Below are positions 1 to 6,855 of a stretch of 64,000 nucleotides of DNA, one piece after another. A program made the position numbers and the translations under genes. The DNA comes from an uncultured Candidatus Saccharibacteria bacterium. GTDB taxonomy: Bacteria; Patescibacteriota; Saccharimonadia; Saccharimonadales; UBA10212. The notes below the pieces were generated by a model. It had not been told where the DNA came from. It was given only the letters and a program-made list of their open reading frames with translations, and searched no databases. The DNA lies in NCBI GenBank assembly GCA_964448095.1, contig CAYUUT010000002.1, positions 27,959-91,958 of the forward strand. The letters run 5' to 3'. The stretch's first letter is position 1. Each line of letters opens with the position of its first letter.

Positions 1-1748
1 ACACGCCTACTTATATAGTGGATTACATTGTCGCCAATGCCCTTAAACCGGTACTTGATAAGTGCCAGTCAGTTCAAGATCTTAAAAATATCAAAGTTTT
101 AGACCCGGCCTGTGGATCGGGCTCGTTCTTAATTCGGGCCATGGAAATGATTTATCAAAAATATCTGGAGTTCGGCGCCAATCCTGGCGAAATGACTAAG
201 ATTACCATTCTGCTCGATAATATTTTCGGCGTAGATCTAGACGAGCAGGCTGTAGAAATTGCTCGATTGAACCTCCTAATTAATGCTCTGGACAGTCGGA
301 TGAAGCTACCGGACCTTTCTGGCAATATTAAAAATGGCAACTCACTGATTAGTGGCACGGACGCTGAGCTAAAAAAAGCTTTTGGCAAAGATTATCGCGA
401 TAAAAAGCCCTTCAACTGGCAGGAACAATTCCCGCAAGTTTTCGAACGCAAAAACCCAGGATTTGATGTCATCATCGGAAATCCTCCATATATTAAAGAG
501 TATGTAAGCAAAGAAGCATTTGATGGACTAAGAAGCAGCCCATATTACCAGGGGAAAATGGATATTTGGACGCTTTTTTCCTGTCAGGCAATTGATTTGC
601 TACGGCAAGAAGGAACGTTAAGTTTTATCGCACCCAATAACTGGACAATGAATGCTGGTGCGAGTATTTTCCGCAATAAGATTTTGTTAGACGGGGAGCT
701 TATATCATTTATAGATTTCGCCGACTACAAAGTTTTTGACGGAGTGGGAATACAAACGATGATTTTTGTGTTTCACAAATGTGAGCCTAGGAGCGGATAC
801 CCAGTATCCTATGCAAGAATAGATAGCTCAACACATGACGCGATACAAGCAATCAAGCAAGTTGAGGAGTTAACCATAAATCCTGAAAAACTTATTGATA
901 AAACTCTCTCTTTTAGCCACTCAGGCATAGAAACTCTTCTAGAAAAAATAGCATCTAGGGCTAATTTTGAACTAGATGACGCGGAAGTAGCCCAAGGCAT
1001 AGTAGCCGCGCCCGATAAATTATTCCTCACCGATGGTCTTACCGGATTCAACAAGGATGAACAGGAGTTCTTAAAGCTCTTTCATACTTCAGTTGGAAGA
1101 TACACTAGTGGAAGTGCGGCGAAATACCTTTTTTACATTTCAGCTAAAAACTTTACCGGGGTAATAAAAGATTATCCTAATATCATGAAGCATTTTGAGC
1201 CGCATAAAAATACATTAATTGCCGCAAAAATTAAGTATGGGACTCCAGATAAACCTTACTTTTTTCTTCATCGTGAGAGAGACGAAATTTTTTTCAAAAA
1301 TGGACCCAAAATTATTTCTGCAACAAGAACCCCTTACCCAAAATTTTTATATACAGAAAAAGAATATTATGGCTCTCGAGCATTATTTTTCCTCAGGACG
1401 GACAGAGCAAACTTAAAATATTTAACAGGCATCTTGAATTCCAGATTGATAGATTTTTGGCTACATCGTAGAGGCAAACGTTTAGGAGACTTATTGCAGG
1501 TTGATAAGGGACCATTATTAAAAATACCCCTGTTTGTTCCTCCTATATCACAGCAGCAACCAATAATCGAGCTGGTCGATAAGCAACTCAATCTGAACGC
1601 AGAGCTTGATGACACTAATGAGAACTCCAACAAATGGCACGCATTAAAGTCAGAAACTGAAAAATCTGATCATCAAATCGACCAACTTGTCTATAAACTC
1701 TACGGCTTAACCCCCGAAGAAATAAAAACCATCGAATCAGGCGCGTAA
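1..1748 (+). CDS. N6-adenine DNA methyltransferase, Eco57I/TaqI-like (type II / IIG R-M family), 5' end cut by window edge
   Basis: The frame is open back to nt 3 (TPTYIVDYIV...). Motif I is DPACGSGSFL and motif IV is GNPPYIKEY. A long C-terminal TaqI-like target-recognition region follows. Stop TAA at 1746-1748. Confidence 0.8.
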   Translation, partial: TPTYIVDYIVANALKPVLDKCQSVQDLKNIKVLDPACGSGSFLIRAMEMIYQKYLEFGANPGEMTKITILLDNIFGVDLDEQAVEIARLNLLINALDSRMKLPDLSGNIKNGNSLISGTDAELKKAFGKDYRDKKPFNWQEQFPQVFERKNPGFDVIIGNPPYIKEYVSKEAFDGLRSSPYYQGKMDIWTLFSCQAIDLLRQEGTLSFIAPNNWTMNAGASIFRNKILLDGELISFIDFADYKVFDGVGIQTMIFVFHKCEPRSGYPVSYARIDSSTHDAIQAIKQVEELTINPEKLIDKTLSFSHSGIETLLEKIASRANFELDDAEVAQGIVAAPDKLFLTDGLTGFNKDEQEFLKLFHTSVGRYTSGSAAKYLFYISAKNFTGVIKDYPNIMKHFEPHKNTLIAAKIKYGTPDKPYFFLHRERDEIFFKNGPKIISATRTPYPKFLYTEKEYYGSRALFFLRTDRANLKYLTGILNSRLIDFWLHRRGKRLGDLLQVDKGPLLKIPLFVPPISQQQPIIELVDKQLNLNAELDDTNENSNKWHALKSETEKSDHQIDQLVYKLYGLTPEEIKTIESGA

Positions 1749-2264
1749 AAACTCTTCTATTTCCCGTAGATACTCACCGAAGTCGCCATGAGGATAATTC
1801 CACCACGGCCATTTGCCATATTTCTCGAAATAAGACTGCTGGAATAGAAATGGTACTAGATACTGGTTGAAGTACTTTTCGAGGTCAAAACCGTTCGCAA
1901 ATGTTTGCTCCAATTCCGATCTTGGAGCAACACAAAAGCTACCTGGCGGTGTAGCGTTTAAGTGCATATCCTGCGAGCTGACCTTTAGCCTATCTTGCGT
2001 CCGATATAACCGATCTGAAGCATCAAAAACTCGGGGCACCTGCGAGCCGCCCCGGTAGTTATGGAGGAAAATTATCGGCCAACTATCTTTGATAATTGTC
2101 TCGGGCCTGACAATAATCGGGATTTTGTCATGATAAATTAATAGATCACCATTGTAGTGGGCTCTGAAGCTGATTGTTCCAGCAAGGTGTAGGGTTGAGC
2201 CGGTGATTACGGTTCTGAGCCTGTAAATTCGGCGCGCCCATTCCGCATCAGCCTGCGGGCTCAT
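1737..2264 (-). CDS. stand-alone E2 (UBC-fold)-like protein, last gene of the NTase operon
   Basis: ATG at 2264, 2 nt after the NTase stop. The motif MHLNATPPGSFCVAP has the same H-x-N-x7-C spacing as the eukaryotic E2 motif HPNVYPSGTVC. An upstream VPRVFD resembles PPKIAF. The C-terminus looks helical and W-rich. Confidence 0.45.
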   Translation of the reverse strand: MSPQADAEWARRIYRLRTVITGSTLHLAGTISFRAHYNGDLLIYHDKIPIIVRPETIIKDSWPIIFLHNYRGGSQVPRVFDASDRLYRTQDRLKVSSQDMHLNATPPGSFCVAPRSELEQTFANGFDLEKYFNQYLVPFLFQQSYFEKYGKWPWWNYPHGDFGEYLREIEEFLRA

Positions 2265-2266
2265 AA

Positions 2267-3241
2267 CTACTCAGCCCAGGCGCCTGTCGGCCTCACATAG
2301 CCAGTTGGTCCGCCAGTAGATTTTTTCTGGTCCAGACCGCAAACTTCCGAAAGTGATTGATGCACATCTTCATTGGAGTTTAGACTCTCTAGCCCAACAA
2401 TTTTGGTAGCGGCTATTTTGATTTCGGAGTTTAAAACTTCTTTGTCTTGCGCGGTCAAGTCATTAACGTATTCGTCCACCATAACGTCGACGGAGGCCCG
2501 GTCAGGAATTTGAGCTTTCGTTAAAAAGCTGGGCAGATTTTCGAAAAAAGATTGGATAGCATCTTGAGAGGTAGCTTTGGGGTTACCGGTGAAGTATTGG
2601 GTCACGATAAGTTCGGCATGAAATGCCTTAAGCTTAAACTTATTGTCCAAACGCTTACGGCAACCATGCCGCCAACCCTTGACCAATTTTACCGAATGTC
2701 TGAAATCAGGGTTAGCCTCATTTAAATCTTGGGCTTGCTTCCTGTAGCCTCTGGGGTCAGACTTTTTGCTGTCAATTTGGTCTCGGGCTTCATACTTAGC
2801 AGCCCGAGCTGAATGGCTCATCTTCTGGATATCTGGCACTAGATAGAGCGGCTCCCCAAATTCATTCGACTCACCATCTAGTCTTAGCCCTGGGACAATG
2901 TCAATAGAAAATTCGTCCGGAAAGACCGCTGCAACCGAGTGACTCTGCTCTGTGACGGTAGCATTGTCGCCGTAGTGTTCGACAAGCATTACCGCTAGCT
3001 CCCTCATCAACTTGGGAATGTCTTCAAATTGGAGCTCAGTGTACTCGTTAATGACGTCTAGGTCGTGGACTGGATGGATTGCTGTGTAGCGGGCGTACGA
3101 TCCCGAGCGAAAAGTGTGGCCAGATAAAGTTTTCTTAAGATCGTCATATCGATTTTCGATTAGGTTGCGCTCTTTTTCCAGGGGCGATAAGTTTTCTTTT
3201 ACAAATTCGTTAATAGCTAGGTTGAGTTCCTGGGCATTCAT
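2267..3241 (-). CDS. SMODS / CD-NTase-like nucleotidyltransferase (Pol-beta superfamily)
   Basis: RSGSYARYTAIHPVHDLDV is a G-S-x11-D-x-D active-site motif. The third acidic residue is in FSIDIVPG. A helical C-domain carries KLVKGWRHG...KAFHAELIV. SD GGAAGGA lies 9 nt upstream of the ATG at 3241. Confidence 0.65.
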   Translation of the reverse strand: MNAQELNLAINEFVKENLSPLEKERNLIENRYDDLKKTLSGHTFRSGSYARYTAIHPVHDLDVINEYTELQFEDIPKLMRELAVMLVEHYGDNATVTEQSHSVAAVFPDEFSIDIVPGLRLDGESNEFGEPLYLVPDIQKMSHSARAAKYEARDQIDSKKSDPRGYRKQAQDLNEANPDFRHSVKLVKGWRHGCRKRLDNKFKLKAFHAELIVTQYFTGNPKATSQDAIQSFFENLPSFLTKAQIPDRASVDVMVDEYVNDLTAQDKEVLNSEIKIAATKIVGLESLNSNEDVHQSLSEVCGLDQKKSTGGPTGYVRPTGAWAE

Positions 3242-3242
3242 A

Positions 3243-3722
3243 TTAGTTATCCTTCCTATTTGGTGCCGTTGCCATTACTGCGAAAACATCCGCCATTAGA
3301 CGCAATGGCGTAGTAGCCAGCGAGTGGTAAGCATATTTTTTAATTCGTTTAAGCTGGTCATGGTCAATTGTATGGTCGCGGGCGTAAACAATCACATATA
3401 CCCCTTTAGCAGCGGCTTTATCATAAACTTCCCAGAATTTCTTGGAGTCCGGGCTATAGCCCAGAACCACTAAACGTTGTTCGCTCACTAAGGAGGCGAG
3501 GCTCTCACCTTCAGGCGCCAACTGCACGTTCATGAAAAGACCATTACGCTTAAAAATATCTTGTTCGGTCGCTACCGAGCAATTTTCAGTACTAACAAAA
3601 AGGACTTCACGACGGATATTGCTATAGAGGCGTTTCTCTTTACCTAGCCACCATTTGGCCACACCAACAGACGTAAACACTGAGACTAAGACAGGCAGAC
3701 CGATTTCAAAAGTTATGTTCAC
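3243..3722 (-). CDS. single-pass membrane protein with cytoplasmic TIR-like alpha/beta domain
   Basis: I place the start at GTG 3722, which has GGAGG 9 nt upstream and sits 4 nt after the DUF2188 stop. The TM helix is ITFEIGLPVLVSVFTSVGVAKWWL. TIR-like strings are VLFVSTEN, LVVLGYSPDSKKFWEV and VYVIVYARDHTIDHDQL. The longer ORF (to 3908) overlaps DUF2188. Confidence 0.5.
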   Translation of the reverse strand: MNITFEIGLPVLVSVFTSVGVAKWWLGKEKRLYSNIRREVLFVSTENCSVATEQDIFKRNGLFMNVQLAPEGESLASLVSEQRLVVLGYSPDSKKFWEVYDKAAAKGVYVIVYARDHTIDHDQLKRIKKYAYHSLATTPLRLMADVFAVMATAPNRKDN

Positions 3723-3726
3723 TACG

Positions 3727-3960
3727 TCAGCCCTCCGGTGGGTAGGGGTCTTTAGCCGGCGGAATCGTATACGCCTCCCTAATTTGGTTATTGTCTGCAC
3801 GGTGAATTTTAACTTCGCCGCCGCCGGAATTGTGAGCATGATGTTCGGCGCCGGCGATTGCCTCGGCCTGGGTATCGTACACCGCAGCGGCCCGCTCAGC
3901 GTGTTCACGCTTATCTTCCCAGTCGCCGTCTGGCCGCTTCATTACATGATAGTTTGACAT
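3727..3960 (-). CDS. DUF2188 domain protein
   Basis: The pattern HVMKRPDGDWEDKREHAERAAAVYDTQAEAIAGAEHHAHNSGGGEVKIHRADNNQIRE matches DUF2188. SD AGGAG lies 7 nt upstream of the ATG. Confidence 0.7.
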   Translation of the reverse strand: MSNYHVMKRPDGDWEDKREHAERAAAVYDTQAEAIAGAEHHAHNSGGGEVKIHRADNNQIREAYTIPPAKDPYPPEG

Positions 3961-3988
3961 TGATTTTCTCCTTTAATGTCTTACTTTA

Positions 3989-4021
3989 GTCGACGGCAAG
4001 GCTCGCAATCCGGCCGTCGAC
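3989..4021 (-). promoter_or_regulatory. 9-bp GC-rich hairpin in the 5' UTR of the DUF2188/NTase operon
   Basis: GTCGACGGC(N15)GCCGTCGAC lies 29 nt upstream of the DUF2188 ATG. No U-run follows it in the sense direction. Confidence 0.4.
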
Positions 4022-4094
4022 CGTTTTGGTGCGGATAAAACCCTCCGAACCCGCCGATAGTCTTCCTTTTTGTTCGTTGATAATCGGTAATTAA

Positions 4095-4159
4095 AACTTA
4101 CCATGCCCGTAATAACTTGTCAAACTATTTTGTCAAGGTGTTACATACTATGATATACT
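4095..4159. promoter_or_regulatory. back-to-back divergent promoters sharing a TTGTCAA-N6-TTGTCAA repeat (candidate operator)
   Basis: Minus strand: -35 TTGACA (4123-4118), 17-nt spacer, TAAGTT (4100-4095). Plus strand: -35 TTGTCA (4130-4135), 18-nt spacer, TATACT (4154-4159). Confidence 0.4.
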
Positions 4160-4167
4160 GGCTTTAA

Positions 4168-4824
4168 GTGAAACCAATCCATCAAAATATTCTTGACTTG
4201 GCCCAATCCCAGGACCTCGGCCTACTTACTTATCGAAAAATTGGTGAGATGCTCGGCGGAGAGCACCCATACCATATCCAGCACAATATGCGTCAGCTTA
4301 TTAAGATGGGTCTTCTCGTCGAAAATAAACGTTCCGGGTCGATTTATTTAGCTAGAAATCGCGCTGGGGACGAAAATCTTATGACTATACCGATTCTGGG
4401 TAGCGTTAGCTGCGGCGCACCAACCGAACTAGCCAATGATGAAGGCAAGGGATTTATTTCTGTTTCACCAAGCCTTATTAATGGTCGACATCCGGATAAG
4501 CTTTTTGCCCTCGTGGCAAAGGGAGATTCCATGAATAGAGCTAATATTGGCGGGGTTAGCGTGGAAAACAATGACTTTGTAATTGTTCGCCAGTCTGATT
4601 GGGGAGAGGCAAACGAAGGAGATTATGTCGTGTCGATTATCGGAGACAGTGCCAATCTTAAACGTTTCTATGTTGACAGGGAAAACCGTCGATTCGTCCT
4701 GAGGTCAGAGTCAGACATTGACTATCCTCCAATAATTATCGCTGAAGAGGACATGGAATATTATAAAATTAGAGGCGTTGCAACTGGCGTGGTAAAGGGA
4801 CTTCCGGAATCGACAGAGCCCTAG
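4168..4824 (+). CDS. lexA: LexA-like S24 peptidase repressor
   Basis: The N-terminus has a wHTH (LTYRKIGEMLGG...MRQLIKMGLL). The cleavage-site-like string is VSCGAP. The Ser nucleophile is in KGDSMNRA and the Lys is in LKRF. GTG start with no SD. Confidence 0.7.
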   Translation: MKPIHQNILDLAQSQDLGLLTYRKIGEMLGGEHPYHIQHNMRQLIKMGLLVENKRSGSIYLARNRAGDENLMTIPILGSVSCGAPTELANDEGKGFISVSPSLINGRHPDKLFALVAKGDSMNRANIGGVSVENNDFVIVRQSDWGEANEGDYVVSIIGDSANLKRFYVDRENRRFVLRSESDIDYPPIIIAEEDMEYYKIRGVATGVVKGLPESTEP

Positions 4825-4920
4825 AGCCAGGTCGCGCCGCCGGCGGTGTGGGAGCAGGTGCCGCTACGGGATTGGCTACGATTTCCAATGATTACCTATA
4901 TTTAAAGTAGAATGTAGGTA

Positions 4921-5268
4921 ATGAAGTTTTGGCGAAGGAAACCGACCAGGGAAGAAGAGATGCTGAAGCTTGCGCTAGAAAAGCTGGGCGTCCGGGTTTT
5001 GTCGCAAGTTTATGACGGGCACAAACACATTGATCTGGCGATTCCATCCGCGAAGATAAATATTGAGGTAGACGGCAAACGGCATCTGACTGACCCGCAT
5101 CAGATAATTAGTGATTTGTCGCGCAGCCACTACTCGGACACGTCCGGCTATGAAACTGTGCATATTCCAAACGAGTACATTCATGATGACCTGGAAAAAA
5201 TCGCCAAAGCCCTAGCCGAGGCCGCCGCAATCCGTGAAAGACAAATACTAGAAGGCTTAACACCGTAA
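4921..5268 (+). CDS. DUF559 / Vsr-fold endonuclease-like protein
   Basis: The pattern YDGHKHIDLAIPSAKINIEVDGKRH...D..R......GYETVHI is typical of DUF559. Confidence 0.6.
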   Translation: MKFWRRKPTREEEMLKLALEKLGVRVLSQVYDGHKHIDLAIPSAKINIEVDGKRHLTDPHQIISDLSRSHYSDTSGYETVHIPNEYIHDDLEKIAKALAEAAAIRERQILEGLTP

Positions 5269-5309
5269 CTTATTTAGCGAACTAACTAGAGAAGGGCAGG
5301 CAGGGAAGT

Positions 5310-5339
5310 TGTAAAAAAGTCATCAAGTGTGATATAATC
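5310..5339 (+). promoter_or_regulatory. sigma-70-type promoter with extended -10
   Basis: TTGTAA (5310-5315), 18-nt spacer, TGaTATAAT (5331-5339). Confidence 0.5.
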
Positions 5340-5433
5340 GTAGTAATTAGTCGACACTTAAGTACGCTATTTAAAGGAGAGTGCTACTAAACTGCCGGTC
5401 GCTGGTCGTATAAGTTTAGGAAGGTACTCCCTT

Positions 5434-5979
5434 ATGGCAAATATTCTGCAGCCATTAGTGGCTCATATTAACCCGGTTAACGCCATCAACCGAGCGTTGG
5501 TAAAACACCCGCTGGAAATAAAAAAACCCCGTCGCCGGTTCCCCTTAATCCGCCGCGAAACCAATGAAGAAAAGCTAATAGACGCCACCGTTGGCGCCCA
5601 CGACATATTGTTTAGCGCCAATACGGTATTTCCGTTCGTACTCTTTCCGGACACCATCAGTATGGACCGGGAACAGCTAACTATTGTTCACCGGGCGTTC
5701 TTCCAGACCGCCAATACCATCAGCGTAAGAATAAACGACATTTTGAATATAGAATCCAACGTGGGGCCGTTTTTTGGCTCTATTCATCTGTTTTCCAAAT
5801 TCTTTACCAACGACCTAAAATCAATCCATTTCTTAACGCGCGGAGACGCCCTGCGGATACAGCGGCTGATTCAAGGCTATGCCATAGCCCACCACCGGAA
5901 AATTGACTGCGCCAACATCGAAAGACGCCAGCTGATTGCTATGCTGGACAGCCTGGGCCAAGGCGCAGCGGTTTCCTAA
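5434..5979 (+). CDS. hypothetical protein (possible bacterial PH-like domain)
   Basis: 181-aa ORF downstream of the promoter. The strand pattern ISMDREQLTIVHRAFFQTANTISVRINDILNIES resembles bPH_2. I recognised no catalytic motif. Confidence 0.5.
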   Translation: MANILQPLVAHINPVNAINRALVKHPLEIKKPRRRFPLIRRETNEEKLIDATVGAHDILFSANTVFPFVLFPDTISMDREQLTIVHRAFFQTANTISVRINDILNIESNVGPFFGSIHLFSKFFTNDLKSIHFLTRGDALRIQRLIQGYAIAHHRKIDCANIERRQLIAMLDSLGQGAAVS

Positions 5980-6115
5980 AACCGGAGGGTCGTAATCCGT
6001 AAAAAAGTTAGCGTTTAGTGTGAGCTTAATCACAGTATGAAAATCGCCCATCGGTTACGGTGTGGGCAACCACGCGAAGCGGACAAAAACAACTGCTTCG
6101 GCGCGGAGTAAGCGC

Positions 6116-6145
6116 AAAAAAGGAGCCATTAAAAGCTCCTTTTTT
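6116..6145. terminator. bidirectional intrinsic terminator
   Basis: AAAAA-AGGAGC-cattaaaa-GCTCCT-TTTTT sits between convergent genes 5434..5979 (+) and 6156..6731 (-). Confidence 0.7.
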
Positions 6146-6155
6146 GTGTAGCAGT

Positions 6156-6731
6156 TTAGCTTTCTAGGGTTTCTTCGGTTTCTATGGATTCTTCAATAGA
6201 ATCAGCGACATCGAATATCTTGTCTTTGAGATTGTACTTATAACCGGCAAGCCTGATGTTCTGCGGCGTTAATTCATAAAGGACGTAGTCGCCGGCATCG
6301 AGCCTGGAGATGGGAGTAACCGGTGTTCCGGCGGTTTCCTGAGAGAACTTGGCCATGATTGCCAAGGCGTCTTTTAGTTTTTCCGGGTCATCAATAGCTT
6401 GTACGGTGCCGTTCACTTGGGCCGTTGTTTGGCTGGAACTTTCATAAATAACCAGAGCGGCGATAGGGTTAGACCGCAAGTTTCGGCTTTTGGTGGTGTC
6501 TTTTTTGGTAACAAAGAATAAGTCGAGCTTTGATGTAACGGTGTAGTAGATAGCAGCCGCGTGCGGCACCGCTGTTTTTTCGTAGGCAGTCGCCAGCACG
6601 GCAACATGGTTGCGACTTAAGAAATCTGCAATCGCTGGGTTCTGGGAGCTTGGGGCTAGAGCCATTACATCAGAATAGGCAAAGATAGCCTGTCCCGCAA
6701 GTAGCAGCGGGCTAAGAGTAGGGGGTAGCAA
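6156..6731 (-). CDS. pyridoxamine 5'-phosphate oxidase family (FMN-binding split-barrel) protein
   Basis: VAVLATAYEKTAVPHAAAIYY...LFFVTKKDTTKSRNLRSNPIAALVIYE is a PNPOx-like pattern. The true start may be the internal ATG at 6665. Confidence 0.6.
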   Translation of the reverse strand: MLPPTLSPLLLAGQAIFAYSDVMALAPSSQNPAIADFLSRNHVAVLATAYEKTAVPHAAAIYYTVTSKLDLFFVTKKDTTKSRNLRSNPIAALVIYESSSQTTAQVNGTVQAIDDPEKLKDALAIMAKFSQETAGTPVTPISRLDAGDYVLYELTPQNIRLAGYKYNLKDKIFDVADSIEESIETEETLES

Positions 6732-6774
6732 TTTTATCGTTCTTGTGCTAAAATATATATATTGTTTAATAAAT

Positions 6775-6855
6775 GAATCCTCGGTTTACTTAAGAATTTT
6801 ACTCAGGCTTCACCAAAGACAAGAGTAAATAAACCAAAAAGAGGATTCTTTTTTT
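6775..6855 (+). promoter_or_regulatory. structured 5' leader of the DEAD-box helicase gene (SD-sequestering long-range stem)
   Basis: GAATCCTC (6775-6782) pairs with GAGGATTC (6841-6848). The 3' arm contains the GAGG SD and is followed by T7, then ATG 6856. An extended -10 TGcTAAAAT lies at 6746-6754. Confidence 0.35.

Noticed and set aside
3243-3908. The full 221-aa ORF as the gene upstream of the NTase.
   Set aside because: Its first 62 codons overlap the well-supported DUF2188 gene in another frame. A GTG at 3722 with GGAGG 9 nt upstream, 4 nt after the DUF2188 stop, gives a sensible TM-first protein.
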